Assembly: GCA_965207375.1 (NCBI GenBank)
Contig: OZ242274.1
Span: 32,001-96,000, forward strand
From: Nitrosopumilaceae archaeon
Lineage (GTDB): Archaea; Thermoproteota; Nitrososphaeria; Nitrososphaerales; Nitrosopumilaceae
DNA length: 64,000 bases
Reading direction: 5' to 3'
Each line of letters opens with the position of its first letter. The first letter of the stretch is position 1. The position numbers were made by a program, and so were the translations under genes. Under the pieces are notes generated by a model that was not told the DNA's origin, made no database searches, and saw only the letters and a list, made by a program, of their open reading frames with translations. Shown here in pieces: positions 9,656 through 18,837 of the stretch.

Positions 9656-10624
9656 ATGAGGAAAAAGGTGCTACTTACAAGAAAATTGCATCCATTTGCA
9701 ATGCAAGAGTTGAAGAAAAAATTTGCAGTAAAAATCCATGCGGGAGAAATTCCAATGCCAAAAAATGAGTTAATTTCGCAAATCAGAGACGTTGAGGGTC
9801 TTGTCTGTTTTCCGTATGACAAAATAGACAAGACAGTAATTGATGCAGCAGACAATCTCAAGGTGATCAGCACGTATAGTGTGGGCTTTGACCACATAGA
9901 TATACAACATGCAAAAAATGCAAAGATCCGTGTAGGATATACACCCAAGGTGTTAACTGATGCCACAGCAGAGCTGACCATGGCCATAATTTTAGATGTC
10001 TTGCGCAGGGTTTCAGAAGGTGACAGAGTCATCCGCAACGGATTATGGCAGCAGATCTATAGTGCAGATGAATTTGTCGGATCCGATGTAAGGGGCAAGA
10101 CGCTTGGAATTTTGGGCCTCGGCAGGATAGGGGAGGCAGTAGTAAAAAGGGCAGGTGTCTTTGGCATGAAAATAATCTATCACAACAGAACTAGATTGTC
10201 AGGTACAAAAGAAGGCATGCTGGGTGTAAAATTTGCATCATTTGAAAAATTGATTGGTACAAGTGACGTGATATCTTTGCATGTACCGCATACAAAAGAC
10301 ACCGAGAAAATAATTGATTATACAGTATTAAAACAGATGAAAAAGACTGCATTTTTGATAAATACCGCAAGAGGAAAAATAATCAATGAAAAAGATCTCA
10401 TAAAGGCACTAGAACAAAAAGAGATAGCAGGGGCCGCACTAGACGTATTTGAGAATGAACCAATTTCTAAAAATCACAGATTGACAAAATTAGAAAATGT
10501 GGTATTGGTCCCACACATTGGAAGTTCTACAAGGGAAACTAGAGAAAAGATGGCAGAGGTCACATTAAATAATTTAAAGCTTGGAATAAACGGTAAAAGG
10601 CCGGTTTATTCGGTAGGATACTAG
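9656..10624 (+). CDS. D-isomer-specific 2-hydroxyacid dehydrogenase (glyoxylate reductase-like)
   Basis: GILGLGRIG Rossmann motif, LINTARG, LDVFENEP, PHIGS; likely start ATG 9656. Confidence 0.9.
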   Translation: MRKKVLLTRKLHPFAMQELKKKFAVKIHAGEIPMPKNELISQIRDVEGLVCFPYDKIDKTVIDAADNLKVISTYSVGFDHIDIQHAKNAKIRVGYTPKVLTDATAELTMAIILDVLRRVSEGDRVIRNGLWQQIYSADEFVGSDVRGKTLGILGLGRIGEAVVKRAGVFGMKIIYHNRTRLSGTKEGMLGVKFASFEKLIGTSDVISLHVPHTKDTEKIIDYTVLKQMKKTAFLINTARGKIINEKDLIKALEQKEIAGAALDVFENEPISKNHRLTKLENVVLVPHIGSSTRETREKMAEVTLNNLKLGINGKRPVYSVGY

Positions 10625-10884
10625 CCAATCTGAATCAGATCATCGCCAGAGCCCTTTATACAATCTGTTCCAACTGCCTTTAATGTTTCAAAGTTGATTT
10701 TCCCGTTTGGAATTTTGCCTTCCTGTTGTAGCAATTTTATTTTTGCAGACACACCAGTTTTGTGCCGCCTGCATGTCACGCCAATCATAAATTCATCAGA
10801 ATCTACAATTACTGAGATGATAAATTCTGGTGGATTTACGCATTGTTTTTTGTTTTCTGATACGGTACAACGGTCCGGTAGCAT
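10621..10884 (-). CDS. Small hypothetical protein with Cys/His motif (possible metal binding)
   Basis: 87-aa ORF with C-x8-C ... C-x2-H. Confidence 0.65.
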   Translation of the reverse strand: MLPDRCTVSENKKQCVNPPEFIISVIVDSDEFMIGVTCRRHKTGVSAKIKLLQQEGKIPNGKINFETLKAVGTDCIKGSGDDLIQIG

Positions 10885-10958
10885 ACGACAAATGGTACAA
10901 AACAGGATTATTAATCTTGCATGTCAAAGCTTAAACTAAGAATGGACAGTATCAAAAT

Positions 10959-12257
10959 ATGCACGCAGATATTGGAATAATTGGCGGGGGTATTGTAGGT
11001 ACAACACTTGCATATTTTCTATCACAACTCAATCCAGCAAAAAAAATCTGCGTAATAGAACAAGAATGCAATGTCGCCTTGCACACTAGCAGCAGAAATA
11101 CCGGAAAGATTCATGCACCATATCTTTACAATCCAGAAACAAAAAAGATCTTTGCAAAGGCCGCATTTGCAGGCTTTGAGATGTGGAAGACATATGCACG
11201 AATCAAAAATCTGCCCTTCAAAGAAGATGGAATAGTTGAGGTCGCCTCAGATCAAAGAGGCACAGATGTTTTGAAAAAATACATGAGATGGGCAAAGGTC
11301 AACGGACTGTCTGAGGACGATATTGAATTTTTAGACAAAAATGAAATGAAAAATAGAGAGCCCCAAATCCAATGTGAGAATGCAATTTTTTGTTCAAGGG
11401 ACGGTTCTGTAGATTATGGCAAACTCACACATGCGCTAAAAAAAGACGGTGAGGAGGCAGGTGCATTATTTGTGTTAAACAACAAAGCCATTGGAATCAG
11501 AAAAAAAGAAAAAATCCAAGTGTCACTGAACAATTCAGAAACAATACATACAGACTTTTTGATAAATGCTGCAGGCGGGGAGGCAGTAGATATTGCACAC
11601 AAGCTAGGAATGGCACAGAATTATACTGATGTTCATTTTAGAGGAGAGTACTGGAAGGCACCTGACGAGTACAGACATTTGACTGCTGCTAGTGTCTATT
11701 CGGTACCGGAATTTCCAGAGTATCCATTTTTGGATCCGCATTGGATAGTCAGAGTCGATGGGAGTTGTGAGATAGGGCCAAATGCAGTACCAGTCTTTAG
11801 CCCGTATGGCTATGACAATATAGAAAACATCAAAGAGTTTGTTCCCAAAATGTTGGAAATGTTAAGCTCAGGTGCAAGAAAGGCAATTTTTGACAGTAGA
11901 TTTCAGAGTCTAGCACTAAATGAGATTACATCATCGCTGTCAAAAACTGCAATGATTAAAAGGGTGCAAAATTTTTTGCCAAAGATTAATCCTGACAGAT
12001 TTATAGAAAAGGGATTTGCAGGAATCAGATCATCTGTAATTAACAGTGATGGAAGATTCGAGCCTGATGTAATTTTGGAAAGACAACAAGGTGTGCTTAA
12101 TATTTTAAACTACAACTCGCCTGGGGCATCTGGGGTATTGCCATTTTGCGCGTATCTAATCGACCAATTGGACAAGGATGGATTTTTGCAGTATGATAAA
12201 AAAATGGACAGTTGCGGGCCCTGGAGATTTTCAGAGATTGTAGAAACCATGAGATAG
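10959..12257 (+). CDS. FAD-dependent oxidoreductase, L-2-hydroxyglutarate oxidase (LhgO)-like
   Basis: IIGGGIVG, HTSSRNTGKIH, FRGEYW, PFLDPH, AGIR and SPGAS motifs. Confidence 0.85.
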   Translation: MHADIGIIGGGIVGTTLAYFLSQLNPAKKICVIEQECNVALHTSSRNTGKIHAPYLYNPETKKIFAKAAFAGFEMWKTYARIKNLPFKEDGIVEVASDQRGTDVLKKYMRWAKVNGLSEDDIEFLDKNEMKNREPQIQCENAIFCSRDGSVDYGKLTHALKKDGEEAGALFVLNNKAIGIRKKEKIQVSLNNSETIHTDFLINAAGGEAVDIAHKLGMAQNYTDVHFRGEYWKAPDEYRHLTAASVYSVPEFPEYPFLDPHWIVRVDGSCEIGPNAVPVFSPYGYDNIENIKEFVPKMLEMLSSGARKAIFDSRFQSLALNEITSSLSKTAMIKRVQNFLPKINPDRFIEKGFAGIRSSVINSDGRFEPDVILERQQGVLNILNYNSPGASGVLPFCAYLIDQLDKDGFLQYDKKMDSCGPWRFSEIVETMR

Positions 12258-12296
12258 AGTCATCCATGTTAACTAAGTCGTGTTACTGTTTACTGT

Positions 12297-12396
12297 GTAA
12301 CACTTCGACTTTCTGAAGTTATGTGCGTAAAAAACGCCAAACTCTTGATTTTTACATTTGATTCAGGCATAGTACTTCATAAAGTCGATCTGTTAC
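12297..12396. repeat. Dispersed ~100-bp repeat (degenerate MITE-like), copy 1
   Basis: Aligns by eye with 49236-49312 (cgtaaaaa ... tgattcaggcat ... tcataaa ... gatct.ttac); ends gtaaca/tgttac are inverted. Confidence 0.6.
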
Positions 12397-12746
12397 GTTA
12401 CTGTGTGTTTTGCCCCTAGATTGCAAGAGATCGTGAAGCTTTGCAATACAATCAAAGCACAACCTTAGATCCCGCTCAAATTCACGCCTAATCCAATAAA
12501 TCAATTATTCATTTTGTGCTTTTGCAATTGTGGACCTGAGATTGTACCAATCAAATCTTTTCTCAAGCTTTTGCTGCCTTTTGCCCCTAGACAAGCAAAT
12601 ACACAAGATATCAGAAAATTTTGATTCAGTGTTGTACTCTAGTCATTTTGATTTTAGGATTGATTCTAGGCACATTTACGCAAACTGGACTGTTGAAAGC
12701 TAAGATATTATATAATCAAATTCGGTTTTATTTTGTCAAAGGACAT

Positions 12747-12846
12747 GCCGGGGTCGCCTAGCCTGGTAGGGCGCGCGCCTGGAAATAATATACACCATAA
12801 AGCGCGTTCTCGCAAGGGAACGGGAGTTCAAATCTCCCTCCCGGCG
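12747..12846 (+). tRNA. tRNA-Ser(GGA) with 16-nt intron at 37/38 (12785-12800)
   Basis: Acceptor stem GCCGGGG/TCCCGGC, anticodon stem CGCGC/GCGCG, long variable arm, T-arm GGGAG-TTCAAAT-CTCCC, BHB-like intron boundaries. Confidence 0.95.
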
Positions 12847-12874
12847 CCTTTCTTGTTATGTGTGGCCACAAGGT

Positions 12875-12976
12875 CAGCTAAACGAAATGTATGCAAAATA
12901 GACCAAAATCTACCCCAAAATGCAAACAGGACAACAGAGACTGGGACAAGAATTTGAGCTACATTTCGCTTAGCTG
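12875..12976. mobile_element. MITE family A, copy 2 (102 bp)
   Basis: cagctaaacgaaatgt ... acatttcgcttagctg; interior closely similar to 3136-3235. Confidence 0.88.
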
Positions 12977-13132
12977 TTTGATCGCAACTGTTGCAAGGTC
13001 AATGTCAGGTCACGACTTTGTTTTTTCAAATGTGTGGAAAAACTATTGATTATTAGTTAGATCTGCTATAACACTAGAAAATTCAAGTCCCGTAGAAATG
13101 ATATTATAAAATCTTGAAGTGATGCGACCAGT

Positions 13133-13425
13133 CTATGTGTAGTTGAATAATTTTTCAAGCGTATCTACAATACTAGTTTGCAGTGTATAGTCTATCTGTA
13201 GAATGGCATTACAGTAATTCTTGTATGTTGAATCGATGTTTTCTTTTGTGAACTTTCCCAGCCTTACTCCATCTTCACAGTATATGATTTTGTTAATGTA
13301 TCTGTTGCGATCCTTGATCCTTCCAAATATATCTTGGATTGGCTGTTGCATGACATGATCCAGAAAGTTGATCTCACCTGAGGAAATCAACGAGTCATAC
13401 ACATCATGGTTCAAAAAAACAGCAT
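13133..13425 (-). pseudogene. 3' half of a 178-aa hypothetical gene split by the ISH3-type insertion
   Basis: Joins in frame with 14970-14727 after removing the IS and one TSD copy (...YDQRI-YAVFLNHDVYDS...). Confidence 0.85.
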
Positions 13426-13430
13426 ATATT

Positions 13431-14726
13431 CAGTAGATGGAAAAACCTATCAAAAAAGTGAAAAATCGACATATTTTGACAGAAAATTGAATTATTTTTG
13501 ATCTATGGATCTAAAAGAATGGTGAGCCTACCCACTTTAGTGCGTCAACAAAAAAGTGGGCAAACACACCGAAGAGAGATTGGGACAAGGATCTTTAATA
13601 TCTTCTCAAACACACTTGGAACTGCAGGTATACAATTTGGCACAGCAGACAATACAAAATACAAACTAGTAAATTTTACAACAATGTTAACTGAAATGAG
13701 TCGTTCTCGTATCACTGCCGAATCCGTAGCTGCAGATTTTGAAACTAACAAAGATGCACCAGGTGGAAAATGGATACGCAACATGATAAATGGCATGAGT
13801 TCTGATCAAACAGAACATGTCTGCAATGAAATGATACTCCAGACAGCACGACCTGCAATAAAAACAATAATTCACAAAACAGACACACTGATTGCAATGG
13901 ACAAACATCTCATACCAAGATACGACAAGGGCAGTTTGGCTTATCTGATACGGTCCAAATCATACAAGGGCACCACCAAATTTGAGGCTTATGCTACCAT
14001 GCAGATAGTAGCTAAAGATGAAAATCCTACCCTAGACTGTGTTCCAATAACCAAAGACGATTCTGATGTAGATTTCGTGCGTAGATTTGCCAAAAATCTA
14101 CAAAAATACAAGATTCATCCACGCCTTTTGCTGCTAGATAGAGAATTTTTCTCAGTAGAGGTCATGGAATCACTGTACGAAAATCATTATACGTTTCTTA
14201 TGCCAGCAGTAAAAAACGCCATAATCAAAAATAGCATTATAAAATTCCACGAAGGAAAAGCAGATGCAGTGTCGTCTCATACCATGAAAAACAAAGATGG
14301 ACAAGAATTCACCTTTACACTAGTTATCAGAAAATCCAAAAAGTACAATGATCCTGATGCTAAAATAATTGAAAAGTATGTAGTCTTTGCCACCAATTTA
14401 TCACAGGAGCGTGCCATCAAAGAGATTGAGATGCTGCCAAAGGCGTATCGTCGTAGGTGGGGAATAGAGACAGGCTACAGACAGCTAGAACAATTCAGAC
14501 CTAGAACCAGTAGTCGCAATCATCTGTTTCGGATTTTTCTGTTTTTTATTTGCGTTTTCATGCGCAACATGTGGACATTGATGCGATATGATGACGTATC
14601 ACAGTCAAACATTACAATGAGACAGATGATCGGCGCAGTTATGGTGTGTGCTGTACAATATATCAGAATTGTTGGAATGCCGTACGATGCAGGTGGCGCA
14701 GGTTAGGGGTGAATTTCCATCTACTG
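13431..14726 (+). mobile_element. Complete ISH3-family (IS4-like DDE) insertion sequence, 1296 bp
   Basis: Perfect 13-bp TIR cagtagatggaaa / tttccatctactg; 5-bp TSD ATATT at 13426-13430 and 14727-14731; one transposase ORF. Confidence 0.92.
13519..14706 (+). CDS. DDE transposase (ISH3/IS4-like)
   Basis: IAMD, LLLDREFFS and YRRRWGIETGYR (YREK motif); intact frame; likely start ATG 13519. Confidence 0.92.
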   Translation: MVSLPTLVRQQKSGQTHRREIGTRIFNIFSNTLGTAGIQFGTADNTKYKLVNFTTMLTEMSRSRITAESVAADFETNKDAPGGKWIRNMINGMSSDQTEHVCNEMILQTARPAIKTIIHKTDTLIAMDKHLIPRYDKGSLAYLIRSKSYKGTTKFEAYATMQIVAKDENPTLDCVPITKDDSDVDFVRRFAKNLQKYKIHPRLLLLDREFFSVEVMESLYENHYTFLMPAVKNAIIKNSIIKFHEGKADAVSSHTMKNKDGQEFTFTLVIRKSKKYNDPDAKIIEKYVVFATNLSQERAIKEIEMLPKAYRRRWGIETGYRQLEQFRPRTSSRNHLFRIFLFFICVFMRNMWTLMRYDDVSQSNITMRQMIGAVMVCAVQYIRIVGMPYDAGGAG

Positions 14727-14970
14727 ATATTCTCTGGTCATAGTATAGCATCTTCTTCTTCTGGAATCCCTTTTTGCCTGTTAGCGTATGTAGTGTGTCT
14801 TCCAGCTCACTGTACAAGTTTTTTGAGGTGCGTTTTCTTCTAGCAGATTCGTCATGCCATTTCTTCAGAAAATAAAACACGGGTGTTCCTATTAGAGAAC
14901 TTATTGTAGATAATCTAACTATTAACTCCAAACTGTCCTGTTCCCAATAATTTGACAGATATTCTATCAT
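14727..14970 (-). pseudogene. 5' half of the 178-aa hypothetical gene (with N-terminal hydrophobic segment) split by the IS
   Basis: ORF track 14605..14970 reads through into the IS end; the native part stops at the TSD. Confidence 0.85.
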
Positions 14971-15089
14971 TTGATCTTCTTTGCTGGTAATTCAGGGGCA
15001 TCCACTATTCCTACCGGTGCCTCCCTAGCACCAGTAAGTGGACCTTCAAACTGAGTTTCTATAGATTTGATTGCCTTATCATCAGTCAT
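14967..15089 (-). CDS. Putative 40-aa small protein
   Basis: MTDDKAIKSIETQFEGPLTGAREAPVGIVDAPELPAKKIK; its TGA overlaps the ATG of the next gene (ATGA). Confidence 0.45.
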   Translation of the reverse strand: MTDDKAIKSIETQFEGPLTGAREAPVGIVDAPELPAKKIK

Positions 15090-15144
15090 AAAATAAGATC
15101 AGACGTGCTTGCTAATAAATTGTATGAACTCAGCAGTATCTATG

Positions 15145-15364
15145 TGCAGTCTTAATAAAGACTTGGTTGGATTTTACTTGTTGGAGTATGGCTTTCGCTA
15201 GAACAATATCCTTTCTCAAAAATGAAGGTCGGAAATGTATCTATTCGGGCATTAAATCCCAGTACCATGCTTCATCCATTCATTAGGGTCAAAGTGTAGT
15301 TACTTCCCCTGGCATCGAATCCCATACTGTGTTCACACAATTCCCTAACCATAATGATGTCATC
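15145..15364 (-). ncRNA. Candidate bridge RNA / seekRNA
   Basis: 3' non-coding end of an IS1111-type element with two paralogous stem-internal-loop modules sharing GTA(C)TGGGATTYRATGCC...GACC; exact transcript ends unknown. Confidence 0.6.
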
Positions 15365-16415
15365 TCAACTTCGCAGCTGACGTGCAGTGCTTTTTTGTCC
15401 CTCCTTTATGCACGTCTCAAAATCAATCTGTTTAATCAACATCCAAAATACACTGTTTAATAATTTAGCAGCAGCTGCCACCCTTGCCTTTGACCTCCCA
15501 CGCCTTTTTGCAAGACGTTTGTAAAACACACCAACAGGCGTATGTGATTTCCTCTTGTCAGTAACTGCTAGATGTGTAACTACTGCCTCAACAAGTGCGT
15601 GTCTTACTAGAGATGCGCCCATCTTTGTTATGTGTCCATGATGTACAGTATCTGCAGAACGTCTAACTGATGGAACCAATCCAAAATACGATGCCAGATG
15701 ATCTGCATCAGAAAACCTTGCAATATCATCTATTTCAGAGGATAGCACAAGTGCAGTATAGTTGGCTATTCCAGGTATCGTGGTGAGAAGTTGTGCGTTT
15801 TTATCCTCCTTTACTTTTTGTTTGATTTGCAGGTTGGCATACGTGATACTGTCTGTAACAGAGGCTAGATTCTTTAGATGCCTGGTCTATTCTCCAGTTG
15901 TTTAGCTGGATTAGTCTCTTTGTATATGGTGCACAAAATGGTGTTCCAGGTATGTCGATTCCTTCCTGCAACAAAATTCCGTGTATTATGTTCTTAAAGC
16001 GAGTAGACTCTTGGACCATCTTGTGTCTGTATCTGACAAGCTGTTGCTTGTTTACCGTGTCTTCATCTGGTACATGGCATGCTGCAACATAATCTCCACG
16101 CAGGAGGTCTGCAAGAATTTGTGTATCTACCTTATCTGTCTTTCTTTTGGATTCTGCAATGAGTCTGTTCATACGAGGATTGGACAGTATGACATCTAGG
16201 TGCAACTCGTCTCTTATCTGAAAGAATGCCGCCTTCCATACCGATGAGGATTCAATTACCAACTTTGAATCTGGATGCAGATATCCAAGGTTGTCCTTGA
16301 TCTCTCCGGGATTATTTTGTATCTTTTTGTTGGCTAGTTCATTACCGTCTGCATCTATGATAAATATCTGAATAGTCTTTTTGTGAACGTTTAGACCGAC
16401 AAAACAGGGTTCCAT
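15365..16415 (-). pseudogene. IS110-family recombinase (transposase), frameshifted
   Basis: RuvC-like DEDD region (VGLNVHK with D to N, VIES, KTDKVD) plus C-terminal Tnp domain (TIPGI, YFGLVPSVRRS). One extra base near 15880 splits a ~349-aa frame into the two ORF-track pieces. Confidence 0.9.
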
Positions 16416-16817
16416 AGATACCCTCAATTTTACGGTTTTGTGTTTGTTTGCATTGGTGCTTGTAGAACAGGATCTTGTAGAACTTGGACTACTGCCATCA
16501 TCTAATTTCCTTGATCGTGGCACATAAGATTACAAAGCAAGTGTTCCTATTCTGACAGGGTCCTCACCACAACAGTATGAATTTTTAAGCACAAAACATG
16601 TACTTTTTTGTTCACTGTGTCCACAGAAATCTTCATAATCAACTACCGGTGCCTTTTTTTGCTGTTATAGCACAACTCAAATTTTATACAAATTAATTCA
16701 CATCTAGTTTAGACAGAGTTGTACGGTACCCCTAAATCATACATGTGATAAAATTATCTAGTTTTACAGTTCCAAAACACTACAATTGGTCCTATCATCT
16801 AAAATCAGATTATGTAA

Positions 16818-17282
16818 TCAGCTTTCAAATGTCAAATCTATTTGTATAACGTTGATAATTTGGGTCTGTTCTGTTTTGATTCCAGTATCGTCAAATCCGT
16901 GGACCGAAATCTTGTAAATTCCATCAAAGACCTGCCTGCCGTCATTGTTTTTTTGATCCCAAACTATTTGAGCCTCCTGTCTTGGTTCCAAAACAATATC
17001 TGCTTGAGAGATCACAGGAGAAAAAATCACCATTCCAGACAGGCCTGTCACCTTAAAACCGTACTTGTCTTCAAAATACAACGGAGTGCTGCCAGAGTTG
17101 ACTATAGTGACACTTACAGGCTCGCCTTTTTTGTAATCTGACTTTTCTGTAAATACGGTCAATGAGGGCCCCTCAACGTATGTTACATCTGAATTATCAC
17201 GAATGTCAGCAAGAACAAATGTAATTGCTGCACCTGCAAATATGCCGACAATTAGTGCTATTTTGAGACTGTTGGGAATCAA
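16818..17282 (-). CDS. Membrane-anchored/secreted hypothetical protein with Ig-like domain
   Basis: N-terminal TM; TEKSDYKKGEPVSVTIVNSG and WDQKNNDG-x4-GIY beta-sandwich pattern. Confidence 0.75.
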   Translation of the reverse strand: MIPNSLKIALIVGIFAGAAITFVLADIRDNSDVTYVEGPSLTVFTEKSDYKKGEPVSVTIVNSGSTPLYFEDKYGFKVTGLSGMVIFSPVISQADIVLEPRQEAQIVWDQKNNDGRQVFDGIYKISVHGFDDTGIKTEQTQIINVIQIDLTFES

Positions 17283-18280
17283 TTTGGTTTTGGATTTGAG
17301 CGTGTTCTCCAGCTCTTAGGATACGTGTCAGGCGCCATGATTATTCTCTTGGTTTGAAAAGCATATCCGCGCGTCGCATCAGTAATTTCTGCTTCAGACA
17401 TTAAAGATTCTGCAAGTGCGACTGCCTCGCCCTTTTGAGTATAAACTGCAACAAGATCATCTTTTTTCAAATTTGGTGAAATCTGCAAGATTCCAGGAAT
17501 GGCCAGCTGTGCACCGTGACACATTGCATCCACTGCAGAGTCACGAATTACTACTGATTTTAACTCACTGAGTGCATGTTCTACGGGTTGAATTAATTTC
17601 ATCAGTTTAGAGTCATCAGAGTTTTCCTCCCACAATGCAAAAGCATCTGCCAATTCATGAAGTGTCACTAGTCCATGTTTTTCATAAAATTGATTTACAC
17701 GGCTTCGCCGTAATTCAACCATGGTGGCACCGGGGCCCAAAATCTCACCCATATCATAGAACAGCTTTCTTATGTATGTGCCAGATTCACACAAGACCCG
17801 CAATAATACCAGACGCTCCTTCTGCTCTGCCATGTCTAATTCATAGATGTGTCTGGTCCTAGTCCTGCGTAAAACGGCAGAACGCTGCGGAGGTTTTTGA
17901 AATATTTCTCCGCAGAATAAATCAAAAATTTGACCCAATTTTTCCTCAGAAGGCAAAGAATGAAACCGTCCCAAAGCATGATATTCCTTTGGGCCTAGCA
18001 GCAAAACGCCCAAAGCCTTGGTAGCCTCACCCAAACCTAGAGGCAACACCCCAGAAACTTGTGGATCCAAGGTTCCGCTGTGACCAATTTTTGGAAGCTT
18101 TAAAATGCGCTTGGTCCATGCAACGGTCTCATGACTAGTAGGGCCAGGTGGCTTGTCAAGCAAAATAATCCCATACTCTAATAACTGCTCAATATTTCGC
18201 CTGTCATAATACGTACCGAATTGGTCACTAGTAATATCCTGGTCAATCTCTATCAAATTTTCCAACTGTTTTAGGGTCAA
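17279..18280 (-). CDS. cbf5: H/ACA RNA-guided pseudouridine synthase Cbf5
   Basis: LDKPPGPTSH, GHSGTLDP catalytic motif, CESGTYIR, C-terminal PUA domain. Confidence 0.95.
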   Translation of the reverse strand: MTLKQLENLIEIDQDITSDQFGTYYDRRNIEQLLEYGIILLDKPPGPTSHETVAWTKRILKLPKIGHSGTLDPQVSGVLPLGLGEATKALGVLLLGPKEYHALGRFHSLPSEEKLGQIFDLFCGEIFQKPPQRSAVLRRTRTRHIYELDMAEQKERLVLLRVLCESGTYIRKLFYDMGEILGPGATMVELRRSRVNQFYEKHGLVTLHELADAFALWEENSDDSKLMKLIQPVEHALSELKSVVIRDSAVDAMCHGAQLAIPGILQISPNLKKDDLVAVYTQKGEAVALAESLMSEAEITDATRGYAFQTKRIIMAPDTYPKSWRTRSNPKPN

Positions 18281-18837
18281 GATAGTTTCTCCACTATGGA
18301 CTTTGCAAGTGCCATGACCTGTTTTGCATCAAGATCGTCGGTGTTTATTATTTCATCAAATACAGATTTGTCTTTTCCAAAATCAAAATTGTATAATTTT
18401 TTGTACAGTGCCTTGTTTTTGTCATACCTGTCCCTAGTTACCTCAAATGCCTCCTCCTTTGGCATATTGTCGCGGTTTCTCATGCGATTTGCACTGTTTT
18501 CATGGGAACCATCAAGCCAAATCTTGATTGCATTATCTACAAGCCATGGCAGTGTATAGCTGGTAATTACAACGCCACCGCCATTACAAATATCAGAAAG
18601 TTTTTGATCCACTGCCCTGTCAAATTCAGAGTTTTGTTCACGTTGATTTAAAAATTTCATGCCCTCTGCAGTGTCCCACCAGTCATCACCCCCAACATCA
18701 AAGCCTTCAGATTTTGCCATGTCTTTTAAAATGTCACCGCCGCTAAGATATTGCAGATCAAACTCAAAGGCCAGATGTTTAGCAAGAGTTGTTTTGCCCA
18801 CGGCAGGAGGACCGGATATAATTACAGATCTAGTCAA
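18277..18837 (-). CDS. cmk: Cytidylate kinase (archaeal type)
   Basis: ISGPPAVGKTT P-loop; conserved position between DUF106 and cbf5. Confidence 0.9.
   Translation of the reverse strand: MTRSVIISGPPAVGKTTLAKHLAFEFDLQYLSGGDILKDMAKSEGFDVGGDDWWDTAEGMKFLNQREQNSEFDRAVDQKLSDICNGGGVVITSYTLPWLVDNAIKIWLDGSHENSANRMRNRDNMPKEEAFEVTRDRYDKNKALYKKLYNFDFGKDKSVFDEIINTDDLDAKQVMALAKSIVEKLS

Larger units (their letters stand above)
15129..16426 (-). mobile_element. IS110-family element, IS1111-type organisation (decayed)
   Basis: Recombinase pseudogene; 9-bp sub-terminal inverted repeats at 15136-15144 and 16413-16421; TGAG direct repeat just outside both; ~220-bp non-coding region downstream of the gene. Ends are approximate. 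Confidence 0.8.

Noticed and set aside
12733-12957. 74-aa ORF
   Set aside because: Spurious frame across tRNA-Ser and a MITE.
15860-15900. Programmed frameshift in the IS110 gene
   Set aside because: No slippery heptamer at the site, not typical of IS110, and the catalytic D to N change also indicates decay.
16416-16523. N-terminal extension of the IS110 ORF (MPRSRKLDDG...)
   Set aside because: Lies outside the sub-terminal inverted repeat; IS110 homology begins at ATG 16415.
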